From: Tubiluchus corallicola
Lineage: Eukaryota; Animalia; Priapulida
Reading direction: 5' to 3'
NCBI GenBank assembly: GCA_030141605.1
Contig: JAQGDQ010000693.1
Span: 1 to 64,000, forward strand
Length of the DNA stretch: 64,000 bases
The first letter of the stretch is position 1. Every line of letters begins with the position of its first letter. The position numbers and the translations under genes are program-made. Under the pieces are notes generated by a model. It was not told where the DNA came from. It worked only from the letters and a program-made list of their open reading frames with translations, and did no database searches. Shown here in pieces: positions 24,501-36,500 of this stretch.

Positions 24501-27500
24501 ATCCTGCAATCCAAAGGCTTTGTACATTTTTCATTTTGATTATTTGGTTGTTCACGTGCATTATCCAAACCTGGAAATGAGTTCACTAAAGTGGATAAAT
24601 TTTCACTTTGGCATTCTTTTTATTTTATTTTCCTGTTTGTTTCATCTGACTTGACAGTTTTTCATGTTTGCTCAGGTGCAACAGAAAGCGGATGAAAAAA
24701 CCCCACGTCTCGATGAAGCCACTCACTTGTGGAATGTGTGCGAAGAAGCAAGTGTATTTGTGACAGATTGGAGGAAGAATTCGGAGAATGTCATCTACAC
24801 AGAGTTACAGAGAAGCAGCCGAGATCAGCTAATAGCACAAGTTTCTCAAAGCGAGGTACTACTTTAATACAAAACTAGTGCACTGATGCAAAACTTATTA
24901 CTTTACAGTTGCTTATACATGTAACCAGCAATTATACATACATACACAATAACATACGTATGTTTTCTTAGAATCAAAAACAAAATTTACTCTCAGTTTA
25001 TATCAGAAACTTCTAAATAGGCTTAACTGTGCTTTTTTGCAGATGCTCATGAATGATTCAGTAGAAGTTGAACAAAAATTGAAATTGATGGAAGACGGTC
25101 TTGCAAAACTGGAACTATTACCTGAAATCGACATTGACGAAGAGAAAAACAAATTTACCCATTTATCAACTATGATTGTTGAGGTGGGTTAAACAAAATT
25201 ATTTGAGCATATTAGCCGCTTTTCATTTTATTATTATCAACCATTACTTACAAGGATATTTACTTACAAGGATATTGTTTATGCATTACAGATAAAGAGC
25301 ATATTGCAGCATAGAATTTTGGCCTTAAATGAAGCCATTGAGGAAACTACGGAAGGGACAGAGCCACAATTACAGCTGGAATTGTCACAAGTTTTAGCAC
25401 CCGATACTGGTGCTATTGAGCCCGTTAGCAGTTTTACTGCTGATAGCATGGTTGATGGCTTTACTGACACAACTGTTGAGGAAAATGTTGCTTTAACACA
25501 GACTACTGAACCTGTTTCTCCTCAAGAAAAGGGTTACTATAGCATGGAAACATCAATGGAAACCATTGATACTTCTCCAGTTGTTATTGCCCACACACCT
25601 GCAGACTTCAACATATCTCCGGATGAACTGTTGGATAACGTGACATCAACCAAAGCAATGCCTGATAAGGAAAGTGAGGATATCAGTGAACTAGTCGATA
25701 ATGCCATTGTTTTAGACTCTGAAGGTTCATCTACTGAAATAGTAAATGGACAGCTTCCTGAAATGACTGGCATCGATGTTCTACCAATTCAGAAATTTAG
25801 AGAACCTGAGGAATCAGAAATTTTGGAAGATAATTCTGTCCCAGAAGAAGTGACTGAAGCAATAGAAGAAGTTGGAGAAGACAAAGTTGAAGTTTGGGAG
25901 GAACAAGGAGAAGAAAGAAGTATGTCTGCTATAGGAGCTCTTATTAAAGCGACCACGTCATCGGTAACAACGGTCGTAACTCGTGTGTCCGAGGTTGCTG
26001 ATCAACATATCACTGATGAAGAGGGAGTGGAGGCCTTACCTGATGAAGATTTTGTAATGGCAGATGAATCGTACCCTGAAACTGGAAATCAACCAGTAAT
26101 CACAGCAACTGAAGATGACTTAACTGGTTTTATTGTTATTGACGAAGAAGAGGTTGACACGGGAACTTCAGAATTGAAGCTTGCACCTGGTGAGGCAAAT
26201 GTTATTGGGCCAGGCGAGGAATTTGTTGTAGTTCTAGGTGAAGATGTACTACAGGATTCAAAATCTGAACCTGAACACATCACAAGTGATAATGTATCTA
26301 TAGATCACTTGCCAGAAGAAGAGCAAGGAATTGACATTTCTAAAACTGATGGTGCAGTTACAACGATGGTTAGAACAGTTGAAGAATACGAAGTTGACAC
26401 AAGACATACAGCAAGTGAAGATATGGAAAAAACGACGCAAGAAGAATCGACAAGTACTTTAACTACAGTTACTAAAATAATAACAACTAAACAGATCATA
26501 ACAACTTCAACTCTCTTAGAATCATCTGAAGTTGAACCGTCAGTCATTATAACAGAGGAAACAGATGACACCCATCCCAGAAAGCAAGAAAGTATTGGCA
26601 CTTGCAAGGAGGAGATGACCTATCTGGAATTGGAAACTGAGCCTTTTGATAAACATTGGATTCCTGAGAAAGATTATGAAAAGAAACCAGAGGACATTCA
26701 TTTAGTAAAGCATGAAGTAACTGATAGTCAACTTAAAGATCAGGGTTCTGATGAAGAGAAGCCACTTTCTGAATTTAAAACGCCAGTCATCCAGGCTGTG
26801 GAAGACGAGGTAAGTGTCTGATTTTAGCACTTTTAGTAAATTTTGTTAGTAAGTCCGGATGACCATTACTAATATATTAATCTCAATACAGCGTAGTAAA
26901 GAATGCCACCTATGCAAGCTTGTCAACTGCTTTCAGCTAGCTAAACCATTTCTAAAATGTTAACTGTCTGTTGGAAGTTTTTAACCAGGCTACTAGGTAT
27001 TTTAACTTTATGATCAAGCAATTCTATAATCATAAAAATTACTTCACCTGCAAGTCTGTGATTAGCTACATGCTTTCTGCATTAAATGAGCATTTTATAA
27101 TTTGTATCTTTAGTAAAAACCACATTCCATGGTGTGATTGCACCCAGCCTTACAATACTAACAAATATCACAGTTTTTACAATTACTTGCACATGAAGTT
27201 AATCATCCACTATACAATACATGCTTGCACCTGTCATGTAGACCACTATGCACTAGATCACTGTCTGATTGGTAGTTGTAGTACCTAAAAAAATCTATTG
27301 TCACTTTCCTTCTCTGCATGTAAACTGTCTTTTAAATGTAAGAGGTGTCTGCTAATTACTACATGTGGACGAATTTCATCATTGCGGGACATTGCGATTA
27401 CTTTAAAAAAAACTTTGTGCAATGATATAGTACATCTTTAGTTACATGTGCAATTGTACTGTATGTACTTTGCAAAAACAGCTAGTGTGGTATATAGTTG

Positions 27501-30500
27501 GTTTTTATAATAAAAGTCTGAGAATAAAGTGAACTGCTTGCTGCCTTCTGGCATGTGACTTTAAAGACTAATATTACATTAAATTTAAGCTGCCAAATTG
27601 AAAAATATTTCTTACACATGTAGAAAACGTGTGAATTCACTTTACTTCATTGTGTATGATTCTAGTACATTTTTGCTACTTGAAACAGTGTTTTGAGCAA
27701 GCTGCTGAATTTTGTCTGAAGTGCAAACATGCTGTTCACTTTCAATTGTCCACAAGTTGATAAAGCAGATGTTCTCTTATTAAAGAGTATTTTTCAGTGT
27801 TTCAAAGTGATGAGCGGTATTAAATCTATTAACTAAATTTGTTGTGCTTTCTCTCTGCACTTTTTTTTGTCTAAAGATAATTTGGCTTATCTGTAACAAT
27901 TACAGTATCATATGTAGGAATGATCTATTAATATTGTTTCATGGTGTAACTTCTGTTGCAATGCTTTTATTAAACAAAATAATAATATTATCATGCTTTA
28001 TTGACTGAAGGCTGCAACTGAATATTTTATTTTGTGCTTTTTCTGCTTGGTTTCTTGCAAATGGTTGATATTTCGCTTCTGTTGCTGTGTTTGTAAACTA
28101 TATGTTTTTGCATGTTATTTTCTTTTCTCAGACACTTCTAGTGACACCAGATGATATGCGAAACATGGACACAGTGTCACACTCACTCTTAACACAAACA
28201 ATCACCACTAAAACATTTGAAATTTCTGACACCACGGCTCATAAAACAGTAGAGCAACAGCCTGCTGTTACTGCTGAAGTTGACATTGAAGTGTTGGAAG
28301 TTGATTCGGATGTGCAACCAGATAAAATGAAAAGTGGCAAACCCTTAGAAATTGGTTTACCTAATGTTAATCTCCTGCAGCCATTAACAATAGAGACAAC
28401 TGCATCTGATGTTGTTGACAGGTGCGAGCAATCATCAGAATTAGAAACACCTGAACCTTCTGAAGTGGTTAGTATCGATGTTCAGCTTGAGAAACCGTCA
28501 GAGCCGGAAATTCATCCTGTTGATGTTTCTGTTGAAATTCCATCTGAAATTACAGCAAGCAGTACTGCAACATATATAACCGCTGAAGTAGAAACTAGCA
28601 AAGTTGATGTCGATCACGTGCCAGCTTCAGAATCATGGTCTACAATTAATCTTAAACTTGAACAGCAATCAGACTTGCAAAGTCTCGCTATTGATTTGAC
28701 ACGCGAAGCTCCTACTCAAACAATCACTGCTGAAGTTGAACATGAACAGTCTTTAGAATTAGCTGCAGCAGCTGTAGAGCAGAACAAACTGCTCCACAGT
28801 TCTTCTCTTGATCTTGAAGTTGAGCAGCTGCCTGAGGCACAAATGCCTGAGTTGACTGGCAGGAAACCTTCAGAAATCAGAACTCTTGTTGTTGATCTCA
28901 TGCAACCATCAGAAATAACTGATGTTAATGTTAAAGCTGGGCAATTGTCAGGCTTGCCTGAATTCACTGACGTGGCTGGTATTGATGTTCAGCGTAAAGA
29001 ACCAGCAGAAAACAAGATGTATCATGTTGAAATAGCTTCTGATATTACAATAGACGATACTGAGCTCCACGAAACTGCAGAAGTAGGTAGCTTGGAAACT
29101 GATATTGAGGCACTTTTAGGACCAGAACAAACTATAGTTGATGTGGACATAAGGCATGCATCTGAACAAAGAACTAGAGCTGTTGATCTGAAACAAGAAA
29201 GCCTTATTGAAACAGTTCATAAAATTGAACCAGCACAAGAAATTGAAAAAGATTTGGTTGCTGTTGAATTACAACATAAGGAAACTCCCAAATTTTCATC
29301 TGCAGAGCTCGAAAAGGAACAAATATCTGAAGTACAAAATCTTGAGCTTGAAGATGACAAACATTCAGGTACTAAACCTGTACAATTATCAGAAACAGTT
29401 AAAACAGTTGATACTGAAGTTCAGCAGCCACTAGAATTAGAAATTCCAAAACCTGCTAATGCTGATGTACAGACTGAAAGATCACCAGGAGAAGAAATAC
29501 TTCCTACTGGTCTTATTGAAACACCTTCTAAAATAACAGCAGGCGATGTTGAATTCTCTATAGAAATGGAAACCACTGACATTGCACTTGAGCAACATCC
29601 AGAAATGGAATTGTCTGCTGTTGACTTAGAACAAAGACAACCATTCCACATTGCTGATTTTGAAATTCAGCAAGTGCCTAAAATGCACACTGCTGAAATA
29701 AAAGGTGATAGACCTTCAGAAACTACTGCACTTGATACTAAACTCCTGCAACCATTAAAAATGGAGGTGGCTGAAGATAGCATTGGAGTTCAGAAACCTG
29801 CAGATATAGAAACATCTATACTCTCCAAAATGCAGGCAGCAACAGTTGGTACTTCTGCGTTATTTACATGTAAACCTTCACAAATCGAAACAACCACAGT
29901 TGATATTGAAGTTCAGTATCCATCAGATTCATATTCACCTAAACCCGTACCAACTGTGCAACGAGAATTGCATGGGTCTGTCAAGTCTCACATTGAGGTA
30001 CCTTCTAAATTGACAATAAGTGATGCTGAAACGGAAGCAGCTGAAGTTGTTACCGATCTTTTGCCAGCTTCTGGAGTGCAGACTGCAAACAATGTTATAT
30101 GGCAATACCCAGTAAAATTGGAAACTGAACCCCTTGAAACAGAAGATGAAAGTTATAAGACTGTGTTCGAACCACAGCCAAAGCAAAATTTAGTTTCTGT
30201 AGATTTAGAATTTAAGGAATCACTTGAAGCTTCTGCTACTGATGTAGGCATAGAGCATGTGCCAACTGCTGAAATGGAACCTTGTGTGGAGTCAAATTTA
30301 GGTACTATAAACCAAAAAGCAGAGTCTAGTGTGCTACTAGAAAAGAGTTTGGATTCTTCCGGCATGAAGGAACGGTCTGAAGTAATTACTGAAATGCCCA
30401 ATGAATTACTTAAAACTGAAATTGATGTGCAAGTAACTGAAGCTGTGGAAAAGCCAGATATGGTCCAGAGTATAGCTAAAATGAATGAACGTTTGAGTGA

Positions 30501-33500
30501 ATCAGCAGAAGCCTTGGCTGATTTTGATTTGCTTGAGAAAACTGAGGCTGATGCTTATGATGGATTCATTGTAATTGATGATGCTTTTGAAATTGGTACT
30601 GAAATTACAGAAAATGCTGGTAATCAAAAAAGCTCATTGCAAATAAGATCAGAAATTCTTCCCGTTGAAATGAAGCCAAGCGGCAAAGGAGATGATAGTC
30701 ACGTCAGTGATGGCAAATTTACTGCTTTACCTGTGCCATTTGCAGGGTTCGATAACTTGGCATCAAAACATGGCAGTGAACATAAAGAAGACAAATTATC
30801 AACAGTGGACACTCAAGTTACGGTTATCACCGAATGCTTAACAGAAACTATAACTGAATTTCTCGATGAACAAACAGTAGTTGAACAACCAGAAGAACTG
30901 AAAATAACCACCGTTGAAGATGAAAACAAATTTACGGAGTTAGAAATTACTGAAATAGGTCTAGTGAAACCTGCAGATGAATTTTATGACTCTACAGATT
31001 TAACCACAGTTATCAGTTCTGCTTCAGTTGACATACCATCTAATAATAAAAATGCTGCAACCACTTTACTTGATTCTTCTGAAAAACTTGATAGAACAAA
31101 ATCGAAGAAAGTCATTGTTACTGAAACAACAAAACAAACAAAGGAAACCATTTTTGATATCAAACCTACTTTTGAAGTAGAAGAAGATCAAATAAAGAAA
31201 GGCATTGCCAAAGGCATTGCCGAGAAGAAAGAGCCTATGGGTATTGCTGTACCAGCTTTATGTATCATGCAAGATGGTGACACATCTGAAATGAAAATTG
31301 ATGATTTGATCGGACATGGAATGGATGTGAAGAAAACAAAAGAAGTGAAAGCGAATGTCTGCAAGAATGAGGAGATTTCTGGAGAAGTGCAAAAATCCAC
31401 AGAAGTAATTTCAGATGTATTGGAAGTACACACACACGAACAAATGGTTTTGGATTTGGTGGAAAAGAAGCCCAAAGATGACTTGAAGAAATACTCAGAG
31501 GCAGATGTAGAGAGTGTGGATGAACCCAAAGAAACAACTTCATCTGTCATAGAAGATGAAGGAGTTCAGGAAGTGGAAGATAGAGCAATTATTACACATG
31601 ATGTGCATGGGGACTCTAATGATATCACTACATATGTGGTGAAAGAAAAGACTACTGAAGTTGTTACAGATGATGTAGAAGTGAAACCAAAAGGAATGAT
31701 TACATTTGTCGTGAAGAAAGTGAAAGAAGTGGTTACAGGTTCTGTAGATGGGCACAAACTAAAATATATGACTGCTAATACTATAGAAGAGGAGAAGTTA
31801 AAAGAATTGGTTGCTGATACTACAGAACAAGAAGAGTACAAACCAGAAAAAGTTGATGCATTTATTGTTGAAGAGAAGCCTGGTGAACTGTTTATTGATG
31901 CCAAACCAACAGAGATGATAGCAGATTTTACAGAGGTAAAGAAATCCAGCAAAGTTAATATTGATTTTGCAGGGAAGGTAAAACCTAAAGAAATTACAAT
32001 ACCTATTAAAAATAGCATAGAAGAAAAACCCAAAGAAATTAGTACTGATGAAAATATTTTGAGTATTGTCGAAGAAGAGTATAGCGAAGAATTGCTTACA
32101 GACAAGAAACCCGAGGAAATCTTTGTTGGAGTTACAGAAGAGAACAAACCAAAAAGGGTTATTGAGAACATAGTGGAGCAGAAAAATGAAGAAGCTATTA
32201 TGGATACTAGAAGGGAAAGGGCTAAGGAATTTTCTGTAGAGCATCATGCACCCGAGGAGCTTGTTCTTGTTCATTCAGAGGAGAAGCTCGAGGACATTAC
32301 ATTACAAGAAAGTCCTGAAGAAGTTATGATAGATGATTTAGAGACTATAAATTTCATAAAGGATCAACTGCCAGAAGTTGTGGACACTAGTGACAAAGAA
32401 GAATCAAAAGATTTTCTGGATGATATTTCGGAGACTGTAAATTTCATAAAGGATCAAATGCCAGAAGTTGTGGACACTAGTGAAAAAGAAGAATCGAAAG
32501 AAGTTATTCCTAAAGGTGAGGAAGAAAAAGCAGAAGAGTTTATTATGAGTCGTGCAAAAGAACAGAAACATGAAAAATTTACAGAAGTTAGTGATGATAC
32601 TATAACAGAGAAGCAACTAAAAGAAGTTGTAGCTAATCTTGCAGAACAGAAATCTCAAGAAGATGTTACAGATAGTAAAGAGGTGGAAGAAGAAGCTAAC
32701 GTGACACCAAATCTTAAAGAAGAAAAAGCAAAGGCAATTATTACTGATTCATTTGAGGAACAGAAACTTGAAGAAGTTTTTATTGGTGAGGAAGTTGTTG
32801 TGGACACTAAGGAGATGGAACAAGCCAAAGAAGGGAAGTCAAGGAAAATTACTGATTTTGTAGAGGAACTGAAACCTAAAGACATTACTGTGGGCACATC
32901 CGAGGAACTTGAAACTGGTGAAATGTTTTCAGAAATCATAGAAAAGGAGAAACAAGCAGAAGTTATCGTTAATACTATACAGGAAAAGAATTTCAGTGAA
33001 ATTACTAGTAAAAGAGACAATAGCAAAGAAATTTTTTCTGATACCGTTGAGAAGAAACCTAGAGATGTTGCTGTCATGGAATCTGTAAAAGAGCAACCTG
33101 CAGAATTTATTCTGATGACCTCCACATCAGCTACTGCTCAACAAAAAGATGTAGAAAAGTCTGTGGATTATGTAGAAGAATGTCCAGAAGTTAATACATG
33201 TGGTACCTTACTTATTGGAGATGACGGCATTCAGCCAAAATTTAGTGAGAAAGCATTTGCTCTTACTGTTGAGCCTCATAAGAAATCAGATTTAACAGAA
33301 GTAGTAAATGAACTACACAAAATTCACAAACAGGTACCATTAGTAATATCATCAGAAACAGACATATCTACATATCCAGAGGGAGCAGCAGAAACAACTG
33401 CTGATGACATCACTTTGGAAAAAATTTTACTCCAGGTAACGTCATCTAAGAAGATCAATTAATATGTATTAATTTATAAATTAATGCAGTTTGATAACTG

Positions 33501-36500
33501 TGTAAATTTTATGTATAATATTTTATAGATGGTTAGCTTTGTAAGTTTAATACAATAGTTTCATGTAATTGAATTAAAAGCGAATGTATGCAAACGGATG
33601 TTTTACTGTATTCTGCAAACTAATTTGTGGCCTTTTTATAACAGTAATGTTTAAATTTAAGTTTAAAGATTTTCTTTACATAATGTTTTATTAAAGCTGT
33701 TTGTTTCTAGTTGAGAACTTATATAGTGCATCGTCTACTCCTTGCATTTTTTCAGGGTTAAAAGTCTCTTTTTCTCCCATTTTGCAAAATTGTGTAACTT
33801 GTTTGCTCTTTAAAATGCTTTAGTTTCAGAATGTTAGCCTGCTTCTTTCAGTGTTTCATTTTTTTAATTTTTCTTTAGGAAAAATTTGAAGAGGTGCCTA
33901 TTCGTGATGCTGAAAAAGTCGATCATGTTGAGGTGGAGGTGAGCTCTCTTATCTTAACTAATATACCACTTACCTGATAACCCTGTATTATTTCCAATCT
34001 TGGAACTACAAATTCATTATATTTGTATGCGCTAAATTTATTGTCTATGCAACAGTACTGAGCGCAGGCAGACATCGATTTATTCATTATTCTTTTCCAG
34101 AGCTTTTCAACGTGTAGAATTGTTTGTTTTTGAGAAGTCAGTGCTCAAATTTGATAGAAAATAGTGAGTCTCTATTGTCAATGGACTCATTTTAATGCCG
34201 ACTTTGTGATGCCATTGAGTCTATAACATGTTACAGAAGTGTAAAACTGTCGAAACCCGAAACTTGATGTATTTTCAATTTTGGAAAATCTGAAAATCAT
34301 TGCATGTAATGAATATAAATTGTTAATTTTTAATATCAATTAATATTGAAATAAACCTACAATTATTAAAATCACAAAACAAAAGACATTCGAAAAGTTT
34401 CTTGTTTAAATTCTGACTCAGTCTCAGCTTTTTTCTTTTCTTTATAGCAATGGTTTTGCCTCAATGTGGGTTTTGTTGTTCTGTGAAAAAGACTTGGGAA
34501 ATTAAGTGATATTAGTTGATAGTTAAACAACTAGATATTGTTCTTCCACTTCAGTCAAGTATTTATGTTTGGCTTGTGTAAATAATCTGCATGTAGTTTT
34601 GCCCTCATATATCTAAATTACCTGTTGTTGACAGTGTTAAAACCTAATTAATTATGCAATTAGTGGCTGACTTGCAGGGAATGATTATCGTAATTTGCTC
34701 TGCTTGATGTGTCTGCATGAAAAAACCACAAGACAACAACTAAATGTCAGTTGTTAACTAGAAACACCTCACCAATTGCTCTAGTCTAACAGTCCTTTGC
34801 AAAATTTTTTATAAACATTTGACATCGCATGTTTCACAGATAACATTAATAACAAAAATGTAACTCATAAATTTTCCCATCATTAAGCAATATACATGGC
34901 TTGCATATCTTCTTACATATATATATATATATATGTGTGTGTGTGTATGTGTTTGTCTCTTACTTGTATGAGATATTTGCTTTCATTTTCTTTTTTGATA
35001 GTATAGATTACCAGTTTCTTGTTTACTGACTTTACACTGTTCACTGTGTGCTTTTATATTATTAATTTCTTTTGTTGCTAATTGTTATAGCTTATTTGCG
35101 TACATTAGAAGCAGTGGTGAATATGCTGCAGCAAATATATTGTAATTATTTATATTCAGATGCATTAAATTGTTATTAATCTACATGCATGACATCTGTA
35201 TCACATCTTCATTGCAACAATCAGTAAGATCATTAACTAACTTATTACCAAAATCAGTTACATCTCAAGACAAGTTTTTCATTTGGCATTCTCATACTTG
35301 GCATTCAGAAAACTGATGCACAATTTTTAATTTCGTGTTTGCTTTTTTCCTTCGGTTCTTTAGTTTTTGCTCTCTTGTACTTCTTGCACGATGCATTAAT
35401 CCCTTAAACTTGAGTTTCTAGAGCTTTGTTTGTGGTGTGCACTCTTTGGTTATTGGTTCTATTCTATCCTGTGTCTGCTTTTTACCACTTTTGTGTCTGT
35501 TGTCACAGAGATTATCACCTGTTGCTGGTAAAGATGTCGGAGAACTAGAAACAAACGTGGATGAAAGCAAACATATGCTATCAAAACAACAGAAGAAACA
35601 CAAAAAAAGGAGACGAAGGAAGAAGCAGAACAAACTTCCTGAAGTCAGTGTAGCTAATACGCGAGGGGCCATTGCTGCCTGTGAAAATGTAATGCCTGAC
35701 AAAAAGTCAAAACATGCAAAGAAGAGTAAAAAGAATTCCCCCGATCCAGAAGCTGGAGTAGTTGAAGTTGCACCTGTTCAAGATAAAGAATCTCTGCTGG
35801 AAGAATCTGAAAATTGGATTGACAACAGGAAGAGTCTGAAAGCTGTATCCGAACAAGCATCACAGTTAATATGTACAACAGCTGACAATGTGTTGAATGA
35901 AGAAGATGATGAATTGGCCACTCACCTTGCTGAAATAAGAGCAAAATTGTTAAATTTGTCAAGCACTGTTTCTCCGCCAGAAGAGACTGAAGATAAATCC
36001 CTTCCAATTATTGATAATACAAGTGCTGTTGACCATGATTCCATTAATAGTGATGGAATGCAGATTTTTGGTGATATTGTGCCCGAAGAAACAATATCTG
36101 AGCAAATTCATATAGAGCAGGGTATGGCTGAATTAATGTCAAACATTCAAAAAATAAAGGACAGAGTTGGAATTTATGATTCTAGTCTGACATTGCTGGA
36201 AGAAGTAGCGCAGACTAACGGCTATCAAAATGAAGATGATGAGTTAGGCAAACCATTAGACCCTGAGTTGTCATTTAAAAATGCAGTGGATGAAGTTCCA
36301 GATGAATCCATTGAACTGGCAGAAGAAAGTGTCCAACTTCAAGAGGTTGAGGTAGAAAATGATCTTTGTTTGCAGCTTGCTGCATTGAAGCAGAAGCTTA
36401 AAAATCTCTCAGAAGCTGCATCATTTAAACTCGAGGAATTGTCAGAAGATGATGTAAAAGCATTAGACATTGATCATGCTAAACTTGGTGATATTTCTGA

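Noticed and set aside
26971-27288. 105-aa intronic ORF and similar F/L/I/Y/C-rich ORFs throughout
   Set aside because: AT-rich intron composition, non-ATG starts, no splice-phase or family support.
25490-30830. Scattered TQT/VQT motifs as LC8 sites, and VWEE as a kinesin light-chain W-acidic motif
   Set aside because: Expected by chance in T/Q/E-rich sequence; flanks do not match the canonical [KR]xTQT or LEWD consensus.
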